Notes: generated from the sequence alone by a model not told the origin. Shown: positions 1 to 14,062, numbered from the stretch's first letter. The stretch: 64,000 nucleotides of DNA from Octopus bimaculoides (GCF_001194135.2 NC_068992.1:28001195-28065194), one strand, 5' to 3'. A program made the numbers and translations.

Positions 1-26
1 CATGCCCATTCAGTTTTTTTCTTTAA

Positions 27-246
27 CCCTTTAGCATTCAGATTATTCTGTCAAATGTAATGCTTATTTATTCATATTGTTTTCAATCAATCATGCATTA
101 TCTTGTAGCTTTGAAATTTCGATTATGGGATTGTTTACTTTTAGCATGACATTGTAGGGTAGGTGTGAAAGACAGGATTTGACCAGTTTGAGCATAAAAC
201 AAACAGAATATTTTGGCCGGATATAGCCAGTTTAAATACTAAAGGG
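27..246. mobile_element. piggyBac-type MITE (TTAA-CCC...GGG-TTAA)
   Basis: TIR CCCTTTAGCATT / AATACTAAAGGG, TTAA on both flanks; about 9 copies in the window. Confidence 0.75.
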
Positions 247-594
247 TTAAACAATTTCATTAGGACTGTATTATGCAACATGTCCAGTCTTTGTAAATCA
301 ATAACTAAGGTATGTGATAACATGTTAGAGCACTGATCTATGATGCAGTGTGATGTGGGTGTAACAGAGCTAATAAGTGAAGCAAAGAACTTCACAAAAT
401 ATAAATAAAACATGCAACATGAGGATAATTCTAATGGAATGGTTTTAAATGGCAGCTGGTTTTATTAGCATGATATAGAATGGTTCCATCAGAACAGAAT
501 GATGTTTAAAATACACAGTTATTGTTATCACAAAGTATTAGAAAGCATAGCTGAACAACTGACAGAAAACAAAACTCACACACAGATTCACTCA

Positions 595-629
<35 letters not shown>

Positions 630-1415
630 CACAATTTCTCTCTCTCTCTCTCTCTCCTTCTCCCCTCTCTCTACTATATTTTTAGTTATGCATTCTTCTT
701 ACTACATAAGCAGCTGAGGTTATCAAGTGCAATCTATTCATAGTTTATTTCTACAAAAAGTCAAAATAATTTTTCATGTTTGCAGGGGCTACACAGACAC
801 ACACACACACACACAAACAGATGTATATGTATAGACACATGGTACAAACAGCTGTGCGTGTGTGTTGTTAAAACAATGTATCATACAAAATGCATTTTGT
901 TTTGTCCACAAGAAACATAAGGATGTTTCCAGACATATTTGTATGGTTGTCTGTTTGTCTAATATCAATTTTTTCGATGGTATTATGGATTGGATGACAC
1001 CATATTTCAGGCAGGATTTCACGGTTGGATGCTCTTCCTGCTGGCCATCCTTAGGGGATTTCTGACTCCACAGTGACTGGTCATAATGTCAACAACAACA
1101 ACAACAAATCTGAACACAACACTGCTTTATTCAAGGAAATTCGTGGAATGCTAATATGGACATGCACACACACATATACAATGGCCTTTCTACAATTTCC
1201 ATTAAGCAAATTCTCCTAGAAGACATTGGTCAGTCAGAGGCTGTAGTTGAAAACACTTGGCCAAGATTCTGTGTGCAGTGGCACTGAACCCGGAATGATG
1301 ATGCCGCAAAGGGAACTTCATAACTACAAAACCAAACCCACACATACTTGCACGCGAAATGAAAAGTGAGGGAAATAGCACAAAGACAAATATATGGTAT
1401 ATCAAAACAATATGT

Positions 1416-1735
1416 GGAGGCGCAATGGCTCAGTGGTTAGGGCAGCAGACTCGTGGTCAGAGGATCGCAGTTTTGATTCCCAGACCGAGCGTTGTGTGTG
1501 TTTATTGAGCGAAAACACCTAAAGCTCCACGAGGCTCCGGCAGGGGGTGGTGGCAACCCCTGTTGTACTCTGTCACCACAACTTTCTCTCACTCTTTCTT
1601 CCTGTTTCTTAACTAAAACTGCGATGGACTGGTGTCCCATCCAGCTGGGGGCGGGGTGAACACATATGCCATAGAAACCGGGAAACCGGGCCCATGAGCC
1701 TGGCTAGGCTTTAAAAGGGCGCATAAATAAAATAT
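1416..1735 (+). mobile_element. tRNA-derived SINE family A, tail type 1
   Basis: A-box TGGCTCAGTGG and degenerate B-box; shares its head and body with 13230-13624 and 60455-60840 but has a different 3' part. Confidence 0.75.
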
Positions 1736-4700
1736 CAAAACAATATAGAAAATACTGGATTCACTGAAATTATCCTTGCTTACAGAGAGAGTAGAACACA
1801 CACATTATGGCAAAATGGCACCAACTCCTAATGAGAGGAGGACGTGAATTCAAGCATCAACAATTCTTCAAGATTAATATACCTTTAAGGAAAAGTAAGT
1901 CAGATTGTTTGGAAACAAGAAGAGAGCTGTGGACATGGATTTCTGTCTTATTAGGTGTATCAGTATAGCAGTTGTCCTACCTTATCTCCAGTGGTCACTT
2001 AGACATATTAAAAAAAAAAAAAGACACATTTATGACCTAGGTAATTTGCATAAATGAAACAAAGCTTGAGTAGCCAGAGAGATACACACTCATACATACA
2101 TATATCTATTAAACATACACACACACAAGAACATATGCATGCATATACATACATACATACATACACACACACATATATATGTGTACACGTGTGTGTAAGA
2201 GACTAAGACCAACATATATACATAATGAAGTACACAATACCACTCAATACTTCAAGAAATGGAGTGCACTATATTCTTCATTTAGTGACTAGTTTACTGA
2301 GGTCTTTACCTAGAAAGAAAATCATATCTCAGAGCACCAAATAAGGAATTTACATTCTTTTCTATTCTAGGCCCGAAAATTTTGGGGAGGAGGCCAGTCG
2401 ATTAGATCGACCCCAGTACGCAACTAGTACTTAATTTATCGACTCTGAAAGGATGAAAGGCAAAGTTGACCTCAGTGGAATTTGAACTTAGAACATAAAG
2501 ACAGACGAAACACTTAAGCATTTTGCCCAGCGTGCTAACATTTCTGGCAGCTTGCCGTCTTTATAAAGAATATATATTATTAGTGGACTTACAACAATTA
2601 ATCAGGGACCTAGAGATTTTTGTTAAGGCATTTTATCAGGCTTAGGCACAAAACTCTAGGTCTCTGAGCAACTACTATAGTGTCCATCTGCTTGCACAGG
2701 TCAGACAAGAATATGCATGTAGAGAGTTTTCTATGCCTCAATGCCCTTTCTGATGCCTTCTCTTACCTGTTTGTAAGCATGGTACTAAGCTCCCACCGCA
2801 TCTACTGAATAATGAACAACCCAGACAAGATTATGCAGAGAACTGAAATCAAACGTTTGATTGAGCCGTTTGATTGAGCCGTTTGCTTAGAATCAGTGAA
2901 CACACATGAGTTCGAAGGAAATACAAACTCACTCTCACAAACATACATACATATTGGATAATGTTGTCCTAGGTACACCAAGTCTGAACTAGGACAAAGA
3001 AAGACGAGTGAAATATCATTGGTCAGAAGCTAAACAATAATTACTTTCAACAAAAGAATGATATCTAAAACTGTTTCTTGTTATACTCTGGTTAACTTCA
3101 TATCAACTACCCTTATGATGTTAAAGTTTAAGGCAGTGAACTGGCAGAATCATAAGCATGCCGGGCAAAATGCTTAACAGCATTTCATATATCTCTATGT
3201 TCTGAGTTCAAATTCCACTGAAGTCAACTTTGTCTTTCATCATTTCGAGGTCAATGAAATAAGTACCAGTTGAGCACTGCAGGCGATGTAATCAAGTAGC
3301 CCCTCCTCCAAAATTTCAGGCCTTGTGCCTACAGTTGAAGGGACTATGATGTTAAGTTCTTTATCCTCAATATTTTAAACAAATTTAAGAAAAAAAAAAA
3401 ACTGTTTTAAACTTAAAAACATAGAAAAAATACAGACATTTTTCTTACATTGTTTCATCAATTGTACCAGTGTATAACAAAATGATGACCAAGCATTTAG
3501 TTATTGATTTTCAAGCATTTAATATTGATTTTCTAAAGTTTTAACTATATTTTTAAAAAATTGCAGCACATCAATCATCTACTGTTACTGAAAAATCATG
3601 CAAAAGAAAGTAAAACCAAATTTTCTATTTGGTTTTTCCCAAACAGAAAAGTGAAACTGGGAAAAACCTAGTATTCTAGCAAGTGAAACTGGAAAAAAAC
3701 CTGGAATAAATTATCAGTCAGATTCCAAGCATGATTGCTGCAATGATATGCACAGGATATGTAAAATCTCAACAGTTAAAAGAGCCACAGTTTATCCCTG
3801 GTATCGTGATTAAAGGAAGGAATGACATTGGTTTATCACAGTTAATAACGCCCAGCATAGAATACAATAGAATGCACTACACTTGCGGCAGATTTCACCA
3901 CAATCTCATTCACTCACCCAAACCTGTTTTACACAGTTTATTTTATTTTCTCCATTGAACTAGTGTCTCAGCTATGAGAACTGTGTCTATCTTCAGATAT
4001 AGCTTATTCCAGACTATCTTACCACTGGTAGTTTGTTTTTGCTGTTGACTAACCTTTTTTGGGGTAGCCCTATATAGCATCAAATATCTGTCTGCTGCTC
4101 AAGCCCTGAACACCCAGACTAAAAATGTATTAGACAATATAACTTTCTCTTTGTTTTTTAAGGACAATAGTGAGTACTTTGAGGGACCTGTGGCTGATAT
4201 TTCTAACAGGTTCAGCAACTGCACTGGAGAAGAGTATATCTGGAACAACAAAACTGTAGATCACACCTAGTCACTCAAGAGACTAATACAAACTTGGTTT
4301 TCTAATCTGCGGTTAAATAAGAAGACACTACATTTCCATCTCTAGTTGGACTATCTATCTAATCCATTCATTTTCAGATGATCAAACAAATTAGCTTTCC
4401 TTAATCAGAAGAGATTATCTCAAATGGCTTATGTGGTAAGATACTAAACTCATTTTATGGCTTTCTTGGTCATAAAAACTACTCTCACCCTTCTTCTGGT
4501 GAGAGAGAGCAAGCAGTAAGATATTAAATTCACCATTTTCTTTAGTCATAGCTCCAAGCAGAAGACAATCCAAATATATGAACCCTCACTTTTTTGCATT
4601 ATTTACATTATTTAGATTTGACGGATATTTGTCCTCATCTTGTTTGCTGTTAACACGTTTCAGCTGATATACCCTCCAGCCTTCATCAGGTGTCTTGGGG

Positions 4701-5699
4701 AAATTCCCTTTTTGTTTAGCACACATTCACTTGTATAGGTTGAACTGCGTAAAATGTTAGAGAAAGAAACCTGGCTGTTTCTTCCAATATACAGATGTAT
4801 GTACATCAATACATACATCTAAAGCATCATTTTTTCAGGGGCCCTTAAAATACTATTGTGGGTCTCCAATTCACTATTTTGTTACATAGACCCCACAAAA
4901 TTTTATATGGACTCTTAGGGGGCCATATGGACCCAGGTTGAGAACTACTGATTTTAAAGCATGTTTAAGAATAACAACAGAACATTTGTTTTGACTGGGA
5001 CTAAGTTTTGTCAGGCAGTTTATTCAACTAAACATACACACAGACACACACACACACACGCATATGTATCTTCAAAAAAGATACATGCATTAGAGATGGC
5101 AGTATCTGAGTTGAGGCTTTTATCATAGACAGCTCTACTAAATTAAAGCTGACCTGGGGTTAAAAAACAAAGGTTTCCAAACTTCGGGGAATCCTCCACA
5201 TAAGATATTTCAACCTTCTACCCTTTTGTTTACCTCCTTGATTTGTATTTTGTAATTTACCTTGTTACTACCATACAAAAACACACTCCAAATAATCTCT
5301 CTATCTAAAACCCATGTCATTGCAAAAATGCTACCTTATAGATAGATATATGAATGAACAGTTCAAAAGTGTTTTCACTACTCTTTTGGGACATAGGCAA
5401 GTGAACAAACCAGCAGTTCTTTGTCACTTTACCTGTTGCCAAGGAAGCAATAATAATTGGCTACATTGACATTAAAGAAGGAGGCATAATACAGGCCATA
5501 GGTAAAGTAGACGCAAACTCAGCTGCTTGGCCTGATGGATTCCCAACAATCCTCTACAAATCACACCGGCTTTTTTTTTAGAGTTTGCAGGAAACTAATT
5601 GCGTTGCTTCTGGTGCAGCCTTCCAGCTTACCAGCCCTGATCAAACCATCCAGCCCATGCCAGCATGGACAACAGATGTTAAATGATGATGATGAGAAT

Positions 5700-7010
5700 G
5701 ACTGACCAGGTAGAAGCTGCTTGATACAGCACTATGATTAGATGTTCAAGAAGCTATTCAATAGCTCATATGTAGGCATGATATATCTCAATTTTGCAAA
5801 AGCTTTCAATAAAGTCGACTATGGTATATGTCACAAGCTGCATGATTTTTGACATAATTGGAAAACTTGGAGAATGACTAAGTTAGGCAGTGGTGGCCAA
5901 TGGAGCTACCTCAAAGGAAACACAAATAGTGAGTGGTGTTCCACAGGGCAATGTCATAGAGCCACTGTTATTCATAGTGGCCTTCTCAGACATACCCGCA
6001 GCTGCTCAGATAGCTACCTTTGCTAGCAATGCAGATGACACAAAAGTCTCTCAGAGGATATAGAACCCAGGAAATAATGTGCATCTTGCAATGGGAGTTA
6101 GAGGTAATATACAGGTAGGCTGAGTACAATAACATGCAGTTTAATGCTGGAAAATTCCAAGCCCTGTGCAACCAGCACATAATGCTGAATGAAATGCAGA
6201 CAGGATACACTGGCCCAGGGGAGATTGAATTCACTGAATCAAAATTAGTGCATGATCTGGGCATAAACAGGAGTAATGATGCATCTTTTCAGGTATATAT
6301 TACTAAGTTGGCAATAAAATGCAGACAGCTATGCAGATGGATCCTTCGAACTTCTAGAATGAGAACAGGAAACCATGATCGTCCTCTGGAGGACACATGT
6401 CATCAGTTGCTTAGACTACTCCACCCAACTATGGTTACCACACAGTATAAAATTAATGGCAGAACTCAAAGCAATCCAGCAAAGCTACACAAAGAAAAGC
6501 ATCTTGATGCAATGTGTCAGCTATAGGGAAAGGCTGAAAAAGTTAAGACACTACTCCCTAGAATGAAGGTGGGAAAGTTATGCAATGATATACATCTGGA
6601 AGATCCTGGAAGGACTTGTACCAAACCTTGGCATTGAAAATTACTCAAACAGCAGAATGGGGTGCTACTGTGTAACACCAAGGAACCCAACATTGCCATC
6701 AAGATACAGGACCAGATACTGCAACAGCTTGGGTTTCAAGGCCACACAGCTCTACAATATCCTTTCAAAAAGCTTGGGAGACCTGCATGGTGTGGATGTG
6801 TCTTCAAAACAAAACTGGATCTCCTGTCAAGGATTTCGGATGAGCTTACCTCATGGCAGGAAATGCAGATGAGAGTAGCAGCATCAAACTCTTTCATTCA
6901 CCAAATGCCACATATCAGAGGAGATTCCAAATACCGAGGGTGTAGTAAAGCCAAAGATGGTGCACCAGCATGGCCGCAAGTTTAGGGCTGACACTAAGAA
7001 TTAAAGAGTA
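5700..7010 (+). mobile_element. CR1/L2-like LINE, 5'-truncated and degenerate (RT C-terminal half plus 3' end)
   Basis: Motifs IYLNFAKAFNKVDYG, GVPQGNVIEPLLF, ADDTK, LDYSTQLW, YRERLKKLRHYSLE and IYIWKILEGLVPN across frameshifts. Confidence 0.9.
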
Positions 7011-7554
7011 TATACATACACACACACNNNNNNNNNNNNNNNNNNNNNNNNNNNNNNNNNNNNNNNNNNNNNNNNNNNNNNNNNNNNNNNNNNNNNNNNN
7101 NNNNNNNNNNNNNNNNNNNNNNNNNNNNNNNNNNNNNNNNNNNNNNNNNNNNNNNNNNNNNNNNNNNNNNNNNNNNNNNNNNNNNNNNNNNNNNNNNNNN
7201 NNNNNNNNNNNNNNNNNNNNNNNNNNNNNNNNNNNNNNNNNNNNNNNNNNNNNNNNNNNNNNNNNNNNNNNNNNNNNNNNNNNNNNNNNNACAAAATGAA
7301 ACAAACTACCGACTGAAAGCGAAAAGATAACAAATAATGGTTAACAATCAGCAAAAATTGTCAACAATCGACAATAATCGTACTAATTATTGATATGCAG
7401 TTGATTTATTTCGTTTCAACATTTTAATTTTGTTTTTCTTCTTTTTGACTGAAGGTTTTCTAAACGAGAGATAGGAAAGCCATTGAAAAACTAAAAAACA
7501 AAAACCCTACGAAATCAACTTTAGTATAATAACACAGGTAATAATTTTTTCTAA

Positions 7555-7735
7555 TCTAGGCACAAGGCCTGAAATTTGGGGGGAGAGGGCCAGTCGATTA
7601 GATCGACCTCAGTACGCAATTGGTACTTAATTTATCTACCCCGAAAAGATGAAAGGCAAAGTCGACATCAACGGAATTTGAACTCAGAACGCAAAGACAG
7701 ACGAAATACCGCTAAGCATTTCGCCCGGCATGCTA
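7555..7735 (-). mobile_element. SINE family B (alternative tail ...CCCCAAATTTCAGGCCTTGTGCC)
   Basis: Family B head and body with a different tail; similar copies at about 2370-2560 and 3132-3345. Confidence 0.75.
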
Positions 7736-9194
7736 AACAACACAAGCAATACTAATCTACACGCATACATTAGTAAACAACACTAAGCGCCTTCCTTTCA
7801 CTTTCAGTTTGTGTCGTTCTGTTTTCCTTTGTCCATCATGTTAGATTAATGTGGTTCGAAATTATATACGAGTGTGTATGTGTGTGTGTGTGTGTAACAC
7901 TACATAAAAACTATATATATACAATAAAAGAATATATTCCTTTAAAAAATATCCCAGATTCGCACACTTGTGTGTTTATTTACAATATACCAAATGGGAT
8001 GTACATCCAAGGTTTATTTGAAGTAATAGCAGTAGAATTTCTCTACATGGTAACTGGTTATGTGTTGGTGCATGACAAAGAAAACAAGTGCTGCTATGTA
8101 GGAAATAAACAACAGCAACAATGGTGTAATATAAGCGGCAGCAGCAGTAGTAGTAGTAGTAGCAACAAGAGCAATAGACTAGGCATTTAAGTAAAGAATA
8201 TGAGGGGTGAATGGTGAAAGAGAGAGTAAAGAAATTATGAGCGAAGTTTAAAGAGAGGGAAAGTAAGCAGAGAGAGAGAGTTGGGGGGGGGGCAGAGAGA
8301 TAAGACTGACTTCATCGTTAAGTTATCACCGTCAGAAGAGTATAAAATACTGTTGTTGACGAATAGGAATGGTGGTGAGTGGCGGGGGGAGTTACAACAT
8401 TACCATCATCATCATCATCATCATCATCACAAGAACACGTTAGAAGAGGTAGAGCTAGAGAGAAGGGAGGAAATCTTATCTCAAAAATGGTGGGAACGAA
8501 TGACACTGGTTTGCCAATGATTTTGGAGATAGTGTTTCTGATTAGTCAACAAACAAACAGTAAAACTGTAGATTACGAATGTTTATTTTTTTTTAGAGGT
8601 AATAACACTAAAGTTTTGAGAATAAAATAATTCTTACCACACCAAAGAATAATAACAATTATTCCAATTTTTTGCCACAAGGGCAGCTTGTGGGGGGGGG
8701 GGAGTAGAGATGAGTTGGCTACATCGACTCCAGTGCGTAAATGGTACTTATTTTATCGATCCCGAAAGGATGAAAGGCAAAGTTGACCTCAGCGGAATTT
8801 GAACTCAGAACATAAAGATGCATGAAATACCGCTAAGCATTTTGTCCTGTGTGCTAATGATTCTGCCAGCTCAGTGCCTTAATAATAATAGTAATAATCT
8901 TACTTTCTTTATTCACCACTGAGGATAGCACAGGACAACACAACACAGAAAAAAGATTTTAATCGTCTTTTAATTTAATTGTTTAAAAAGGTAAAAACAA
9001 TAAAAATTATAAGAGTACTCAGAGAGTGCAAACCTCTGCCAAGGCAACACCAACATCCTCTCAATGATGTGCTAGAGATGCTTTTTAAAATGAGAATGTC
9101 TGAAATAAACTCGACTGCACTCACAAACGAGAGTACTAAAAATGAACCCAACCGCTCTCAAAAATTAAGTAAAAAAAAACAGGAAAAATAATTG

Positions 9195-9375
9195 AGAATC
9201 CTTGTCCGGTACTAGATCGATACCAAAATCTAATCAGTTTGGGACAGTCACAAGACCCAAACATCCCTGAAAGTTTCATCAGAATCCATCTATTGGTTCT
9301 TGAAATATTTTGTTCGTGGACAAACGAACAAACAAACATAATTGAAAACAATACCTTTGCTAAGACAGGGGTAAT
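9195..9375 (+). mobile_element. Possible non-autonomous Helentron/DINE-1-like element
   Basis: AAGTTTCATCAGAATCC...GAAATATTTTG, an (ACAA)n tract and a terminal small hairpin. Loosely similar 3' ends occur at 47581-47710 and 50268-50395. Confidence 0.4.
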
Positions 9376-10640
9376 AAATCCCCAAAAGAGGAAGGCATCC
9401 AAGGGCTGCTCATGGAAACCCCACAAAAACTACAATTGCCCTGATCTCTATGGCAAGTGCCCTCTCCACTTCATCTACCCTTCATCTACAGGTGCATACT
9501 TAGAGTAGGCCCATTCACTGGGGCCATTCATGCTACGTTCATCCACCTTTTAACAAAATTGCTAGAAGGCAGCACTTCCCTCTCTATCCTCACTTTGCCT
9601 TTCAAGTGAAACTTGAAAAAGTTGATGAGGGTTTGACTAAAAGAGGAAAGTGTCTGTCTTCAGCCCTATCAACCTGGTCCAGAATGCATTAGAAACTTTT
9701 AAAATGCATATTTCACATAAACGATTACCGAAAGAAAACAATATTTATATAAAGCTTATTGGAATCATAAATTTTGGTATCTGTGTGTTTGATTAGTTTC
9801 ATAAGCAATCAAAACAAAATACTGAAAATCCATGGACAGGTGCTGATGAAAAATCAAAGAACCACGGAATGGTCAAATTTTGATGGTAAACTAATGATTA
9901 AATATTGTATATACACACCAAAGTCTAAATCCAGCTCATTCTAATTGACTGCACTAGGATTTTTTTTTTGTCACTATTATTATCAAGTGTGTGTATCTCT
10001 ACAACTTTGAACTAATATTATATATATATATATGTTTGTGTGTAAGAGTGGGTGCATAAGAGTGTGCTTGTGTGATGATAAATATGATTTCTGCTGCCTG
10101 GAGATAGTTATTTTTATCCTCTGCCTCTTAACATACCAAAATATTGCTAAACCGTTTTCGCTTCTCCCCCAAAATACAAACACTGCCAATTTGCCAAAAA
10201 AAAAACCCAAAAAAAAAACTAGAAAGATACAAACTCCCCACCAATGATATTTATATAAATGATAGAGGAATAATTTCTTTTTATGGTTGACATTAATGAA
10301 ATTTGAAATATAAAAATCGCTTGAATCAAATTGATTGTATATTAAATGAAGATAAATGCCAGTTCTTACTTTTCTCTTTCCGAAAAACTTCAGTCGAAAA
10401 ATATACACTATTTCCCTGCAATATAGGTACATATGTTGGGTAACGGAGAACAATTTCACACATGACTACTACAATATTATAAGAGTGTGNNNNNNNNNNN
10501 NNNNNNNNNNNNNNNNNNNNNNNNNNNNNNNNNNNNNNNNNNNNNNNNNNNNNNNNNNNNNNNNNNNNNNNNNNNNNNNNNNNNNNNNNNNNNNNNNNNN
10601 NNNNNNNNNNNNNNNNNNNNNNNNNNNNNNNNNNNNNNNN

Positions 10641-11880
10641 TTTTTCAGCTCAGAGTTGTGGCCATGCTGGGGCACTGCCATTTTGCTACACTGTTATTAT
10701 TGAGAGCCTCCTCTAATATGTGACATTTGGTGAATAAGGGAGTTTGATGTCGCTATCCTCATTTGTACCTCTTGACATGAGATAGGTTCATCTGAGACTC
10801 TTGACAGGAAGAAGTCCAGTTTTGATTTGAAAACACCTACATCCACTTTGTGCAGGTCTCTCAGGCTCTTTGGGAGAATATTACAAAGCTATGGGACCTT
10901 GAAGCCCAGGCTGTCGCAGTAACTAGTCCTGAAGCACGATGGCATTGCTGGGATCTTTGGCACTGTGCAGTGTCTACCCGTTCTGGCATTGATGTAGCTT
11001 TCAATGCCAAAATTTGGCACAATTCCTTCCAGATGTATATTACTGCATACCTCTCCCACCTTCGCTCCAGGGAGTAGAGTCTTAGCTGTTTCAGCCTTTC
11101 CCAGTAGCTGAGCTGTTGCAAAGAGATGATTTCTTTGTGAAGATATGCTGGATTGCTTCAAGGTCCACAGTTAATTTTACACTGTTGAGTGACCATAGCT
11201 GGGAGCAGTAATCCAGGCGGCTGAGGACGAATGTTCTCCAGAGGACCAACATAGTTTCCTTCTCTCTGGTTCTGAATGTTCTCAGGATCCATCCAGCCAG
11301 TTGTATGCACTTTGTTACCATCCTGGTAATGAGCACTTGGAAAGAGGTATCATCACTCATGTCGATACCCAGGTCCCTTACTGATTTAGGCTCTGAGATT
11401 GTTATCCCCTGTGGAACATTGTACCTTGTAAGTTTCATATTCAGTTTTGGACACTGGTAGTGCAGGGCTTGGAATTTTTCAGCATTAAACCGCATTTTTA
11501 TCCTCAGTCCATCTGTAAATTGAGCCCAACTCCTGCTGCAGGTGTGCAACATCGCTGGGATTCTGCATTTTCTGCGAGACTTTTGTATCGTCTGTGTAGC
11601 TAGCAGGGGTGTCTATCCGGGCAGTTGAGGGCATATCTGAGAGGGCCACTATGAAAAGCAGTGGTCCTAAGACAGTTCCCGGTGGAAAACTGCACATTAT
11701 TTCTGTTTTCATGGAGGTGGCTCCATTGGTCACTACTGCCGGACTTCTATCTTTCAGAAAGTCATGTAACGACTCTCCAAGTTTTCCAGCTATGCCGAGA
11801 TCATGCAGTTTGTGGCATATCATACCAAGATCCACTTTATCAAAAGCTTTTTCAAAGTATATACATTATAGTTGCAACAA
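10641..11880 (-). mobile_element. CR1/L2-like LINE of the same family, inverted relative to 5700-7010
   Basis: Motifs PGTVLGPLLF, YTDDTK, RLDYCSQLW and YWERLKQLRLYSLERRWERYAVIYIW on the minus strand. Confidence 0.9.
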
Positions 11881-11969
11881 AGGTACATGCAAGAGAGATG
11901 ATGAAGTCAGAAACACAGTAGTGGTGCTCCAGCATGACCATGGCCATATGGCTGAACAAGTAAAAGAGT

Positions 11970-12076
11970 AATATACATATACAGATATACATACATATAC
12001 ACATATATACCTATATATACACATATACATAGATATATACATATACACATACATATATATATACATATACATACAT

Positions 12077-12110
<34 letters not shown>

Positions 12111-12325
12111 ATACATATACATAGATATATACATATACATAGATATATACATATACATAGATATATATATACATATACATATACATATATATATATACAT
12201 ATACATATACATATAAATAGATATATACATATACATAGATATATACATATATATATATACATATACATAGATATAGACATATATATAGATATATATATAT
12301 ATACATATACATAGATATAGACATA
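11970..12325. repeat. Compound TA/CATA/GATA microsatellite next to a gap
   Basis: Directly visible. Confidence 0.9.
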
Positions 12326-12524
12326 NNNNNNNNNNNNNNNNNNNNNNNNNNNNNNNNNNNNNNNNNNNNNNNNNNNNNNNNNNNNNNNNNNNNNNNNNNN
12401 NNNNNNNNNNNNNNNNNNNNNNNNNCCCTGCGTATTATACTCAAGGGCGGACTATACTCGAGGATTTACGGTAGTCAATAAAGCACAAAACAGTTCTTCA
12501 GGAGATTCTCTGCCCCTTTTCAGT

Positions 12525-12945
12525 GTATGGTTAAGAAGCTTGCTTCTTAACCTTGTGATCCTGGCTTCAGTCCCTCTCAAGCAAGTGTCTTCTACTTTAA
12601 CCCCAGACTGACCAAAACCTTGTGAGTGGATTTGGTAGATGAAAACTGAAAGAATCCCATCATACATAAATGTACATATGTGTGCATGTGCATTTGTGTG
12701 TACTCTCATCTAAACATCACATGATGCTTGTAAATGAGCATCATTATCGTACAAGTGATGTCTCTTGTTTCCAGTCTTCTGTGAAAAACATGTCTAGCCA
12801 TGAGAAAATATTACTTCACTTGGAAATAGGTGAGGATTGTTGACAGGGAGGGCATTCAACCACAGGAAATCTACCTCAATAAATTTCATGAGACCCATGT
12901 GAGCATGGAAAAGCAGATATTAAATGAGGATGATGATGATGATGA
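12525..12945 (+). mobile_element. SINE family C head with RTE-like tail
   Basis: Family C head, then a tail ending CATGTGAGCATGGAAAAGCAGATATTAAATGAGGATGATGATG; a related tail segment lies at about 51310-51550. Confidence 0.65.
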
Positions 12946-13229
12946 TATACAACTACAGGCACCACTTGCAAGCAAGTATGGCTTGGCTGTGTGGTTGTAT
13001 GCATCGTGCTTTCACTAAGTGTTTTAGGTGCTTATATGGTTGCAGGCAATCAGAGGCAGCTCCTGATCCAGGGCAACATTAAGAAATGACAGCTGGAAGG
13101 AAAGAATGCTGCACCAACATCAAGCTAGTAGTTATTTTCAGCTGAGTAGACTGAAGTAACATGAAATGAAGCACCTTGCTCAAGGGCTCAACACACACAC
13201 ACACACTATATACATAGATACATAATACA

Positions 13230-13624
13230 TTGTTGTTGTTGTTGTTGGCACTCCGTCGCTTACGACGTTGAGGGTTCCAGTCAATCCGATCAACGGAACA
13301 GCCTGCTCGTGAAATTAACGTGCAAGTGGCTGAGCACTCCACAGACACGTGTAACCTTAACGTAGTTATCGGGGATATTCAGCGTGACACAGTGTGACAA
13401 GGCTGACCCTTTGAATTACAGGCACAACAGAAACAGGAGGAAAGAGTCAGAGAAAGTTGTGGTGAAAGAGTACAGCAGGGTTCGCCACCATCCCCTGCCG
13501 GAGCCTCGTGGAGCTTTAGGTGTTTTCGCTCAATAAACACTCACAACGCCCGGTCTGGGAATCGAAACCGCGATCCTATGACCGCGAGTCCGCTGCCCTA
13601 ACCACTGGGCCATTGCGCTTCCAC
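13230..13624 (-). mobile_element. tRNA-derived SINE family A, tail type 2, full length
   Basis: A and B boxes, (CAA)n tail, TSD-like TACATAAT(A/T)CAT. A + strand 3' half copy lies at about 13840-13975. Confidence 0.85.
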
Positions 13625-14062
13625 TACATAATTCATATACATAAGGTAATATCTATCTCCACTTAAAAGTTGATGTTGTGTTAGAACCCAGAATACTCGT
13701 ATGGACTAGTGGTCCATATAAGCTTCTGTCACTATTAATCGTTTTACACACACACACACACAAAGTTTATTGAGGTGGCAAAAATGAGATGTACCTATTA
13801 TTCAAACAACCACCTTTTATCACATTCTGTGTCATGCCAAATATCCCTGAGAACTACATTAGGGTTACACATGTCCGTGGGGTGCTCAGCCACTTGCGCA
13901 TAAATTTCACGAGCAGGCCGTTCCATTGATTGGATCAACTGGTACACTCATTGTCATAACAGATAGAATGCCAATCATATATATACACATACAAATGCTT
14001 TTACTGTGATGGTTTTTGTTAAGTGACATTGATTTTTACAATCCTGTAAATAATAATAATAG

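Noticed and set aside
264-309. 46-nt candidate + strand exon with one open frame
   Set aside because: Too short, with no recognisable homology or linked exons.
1784-1882. Minus-strand exon-like segment with a late ATG and GTAAGC donor
   Set aside because: Only 7 codons would be coding, and no convincing downstream exon was found.
4378-4435. Exon-like segment with a good acceptor and GTAAGA donor
   Set aside because: Stops in all three frames and no partner exon; it could only be non-coding, with no support.
11866-12444. Y/I/V/M/C-rich ORFs
   Set aside because: Translations of TA/CATA microsatellite.
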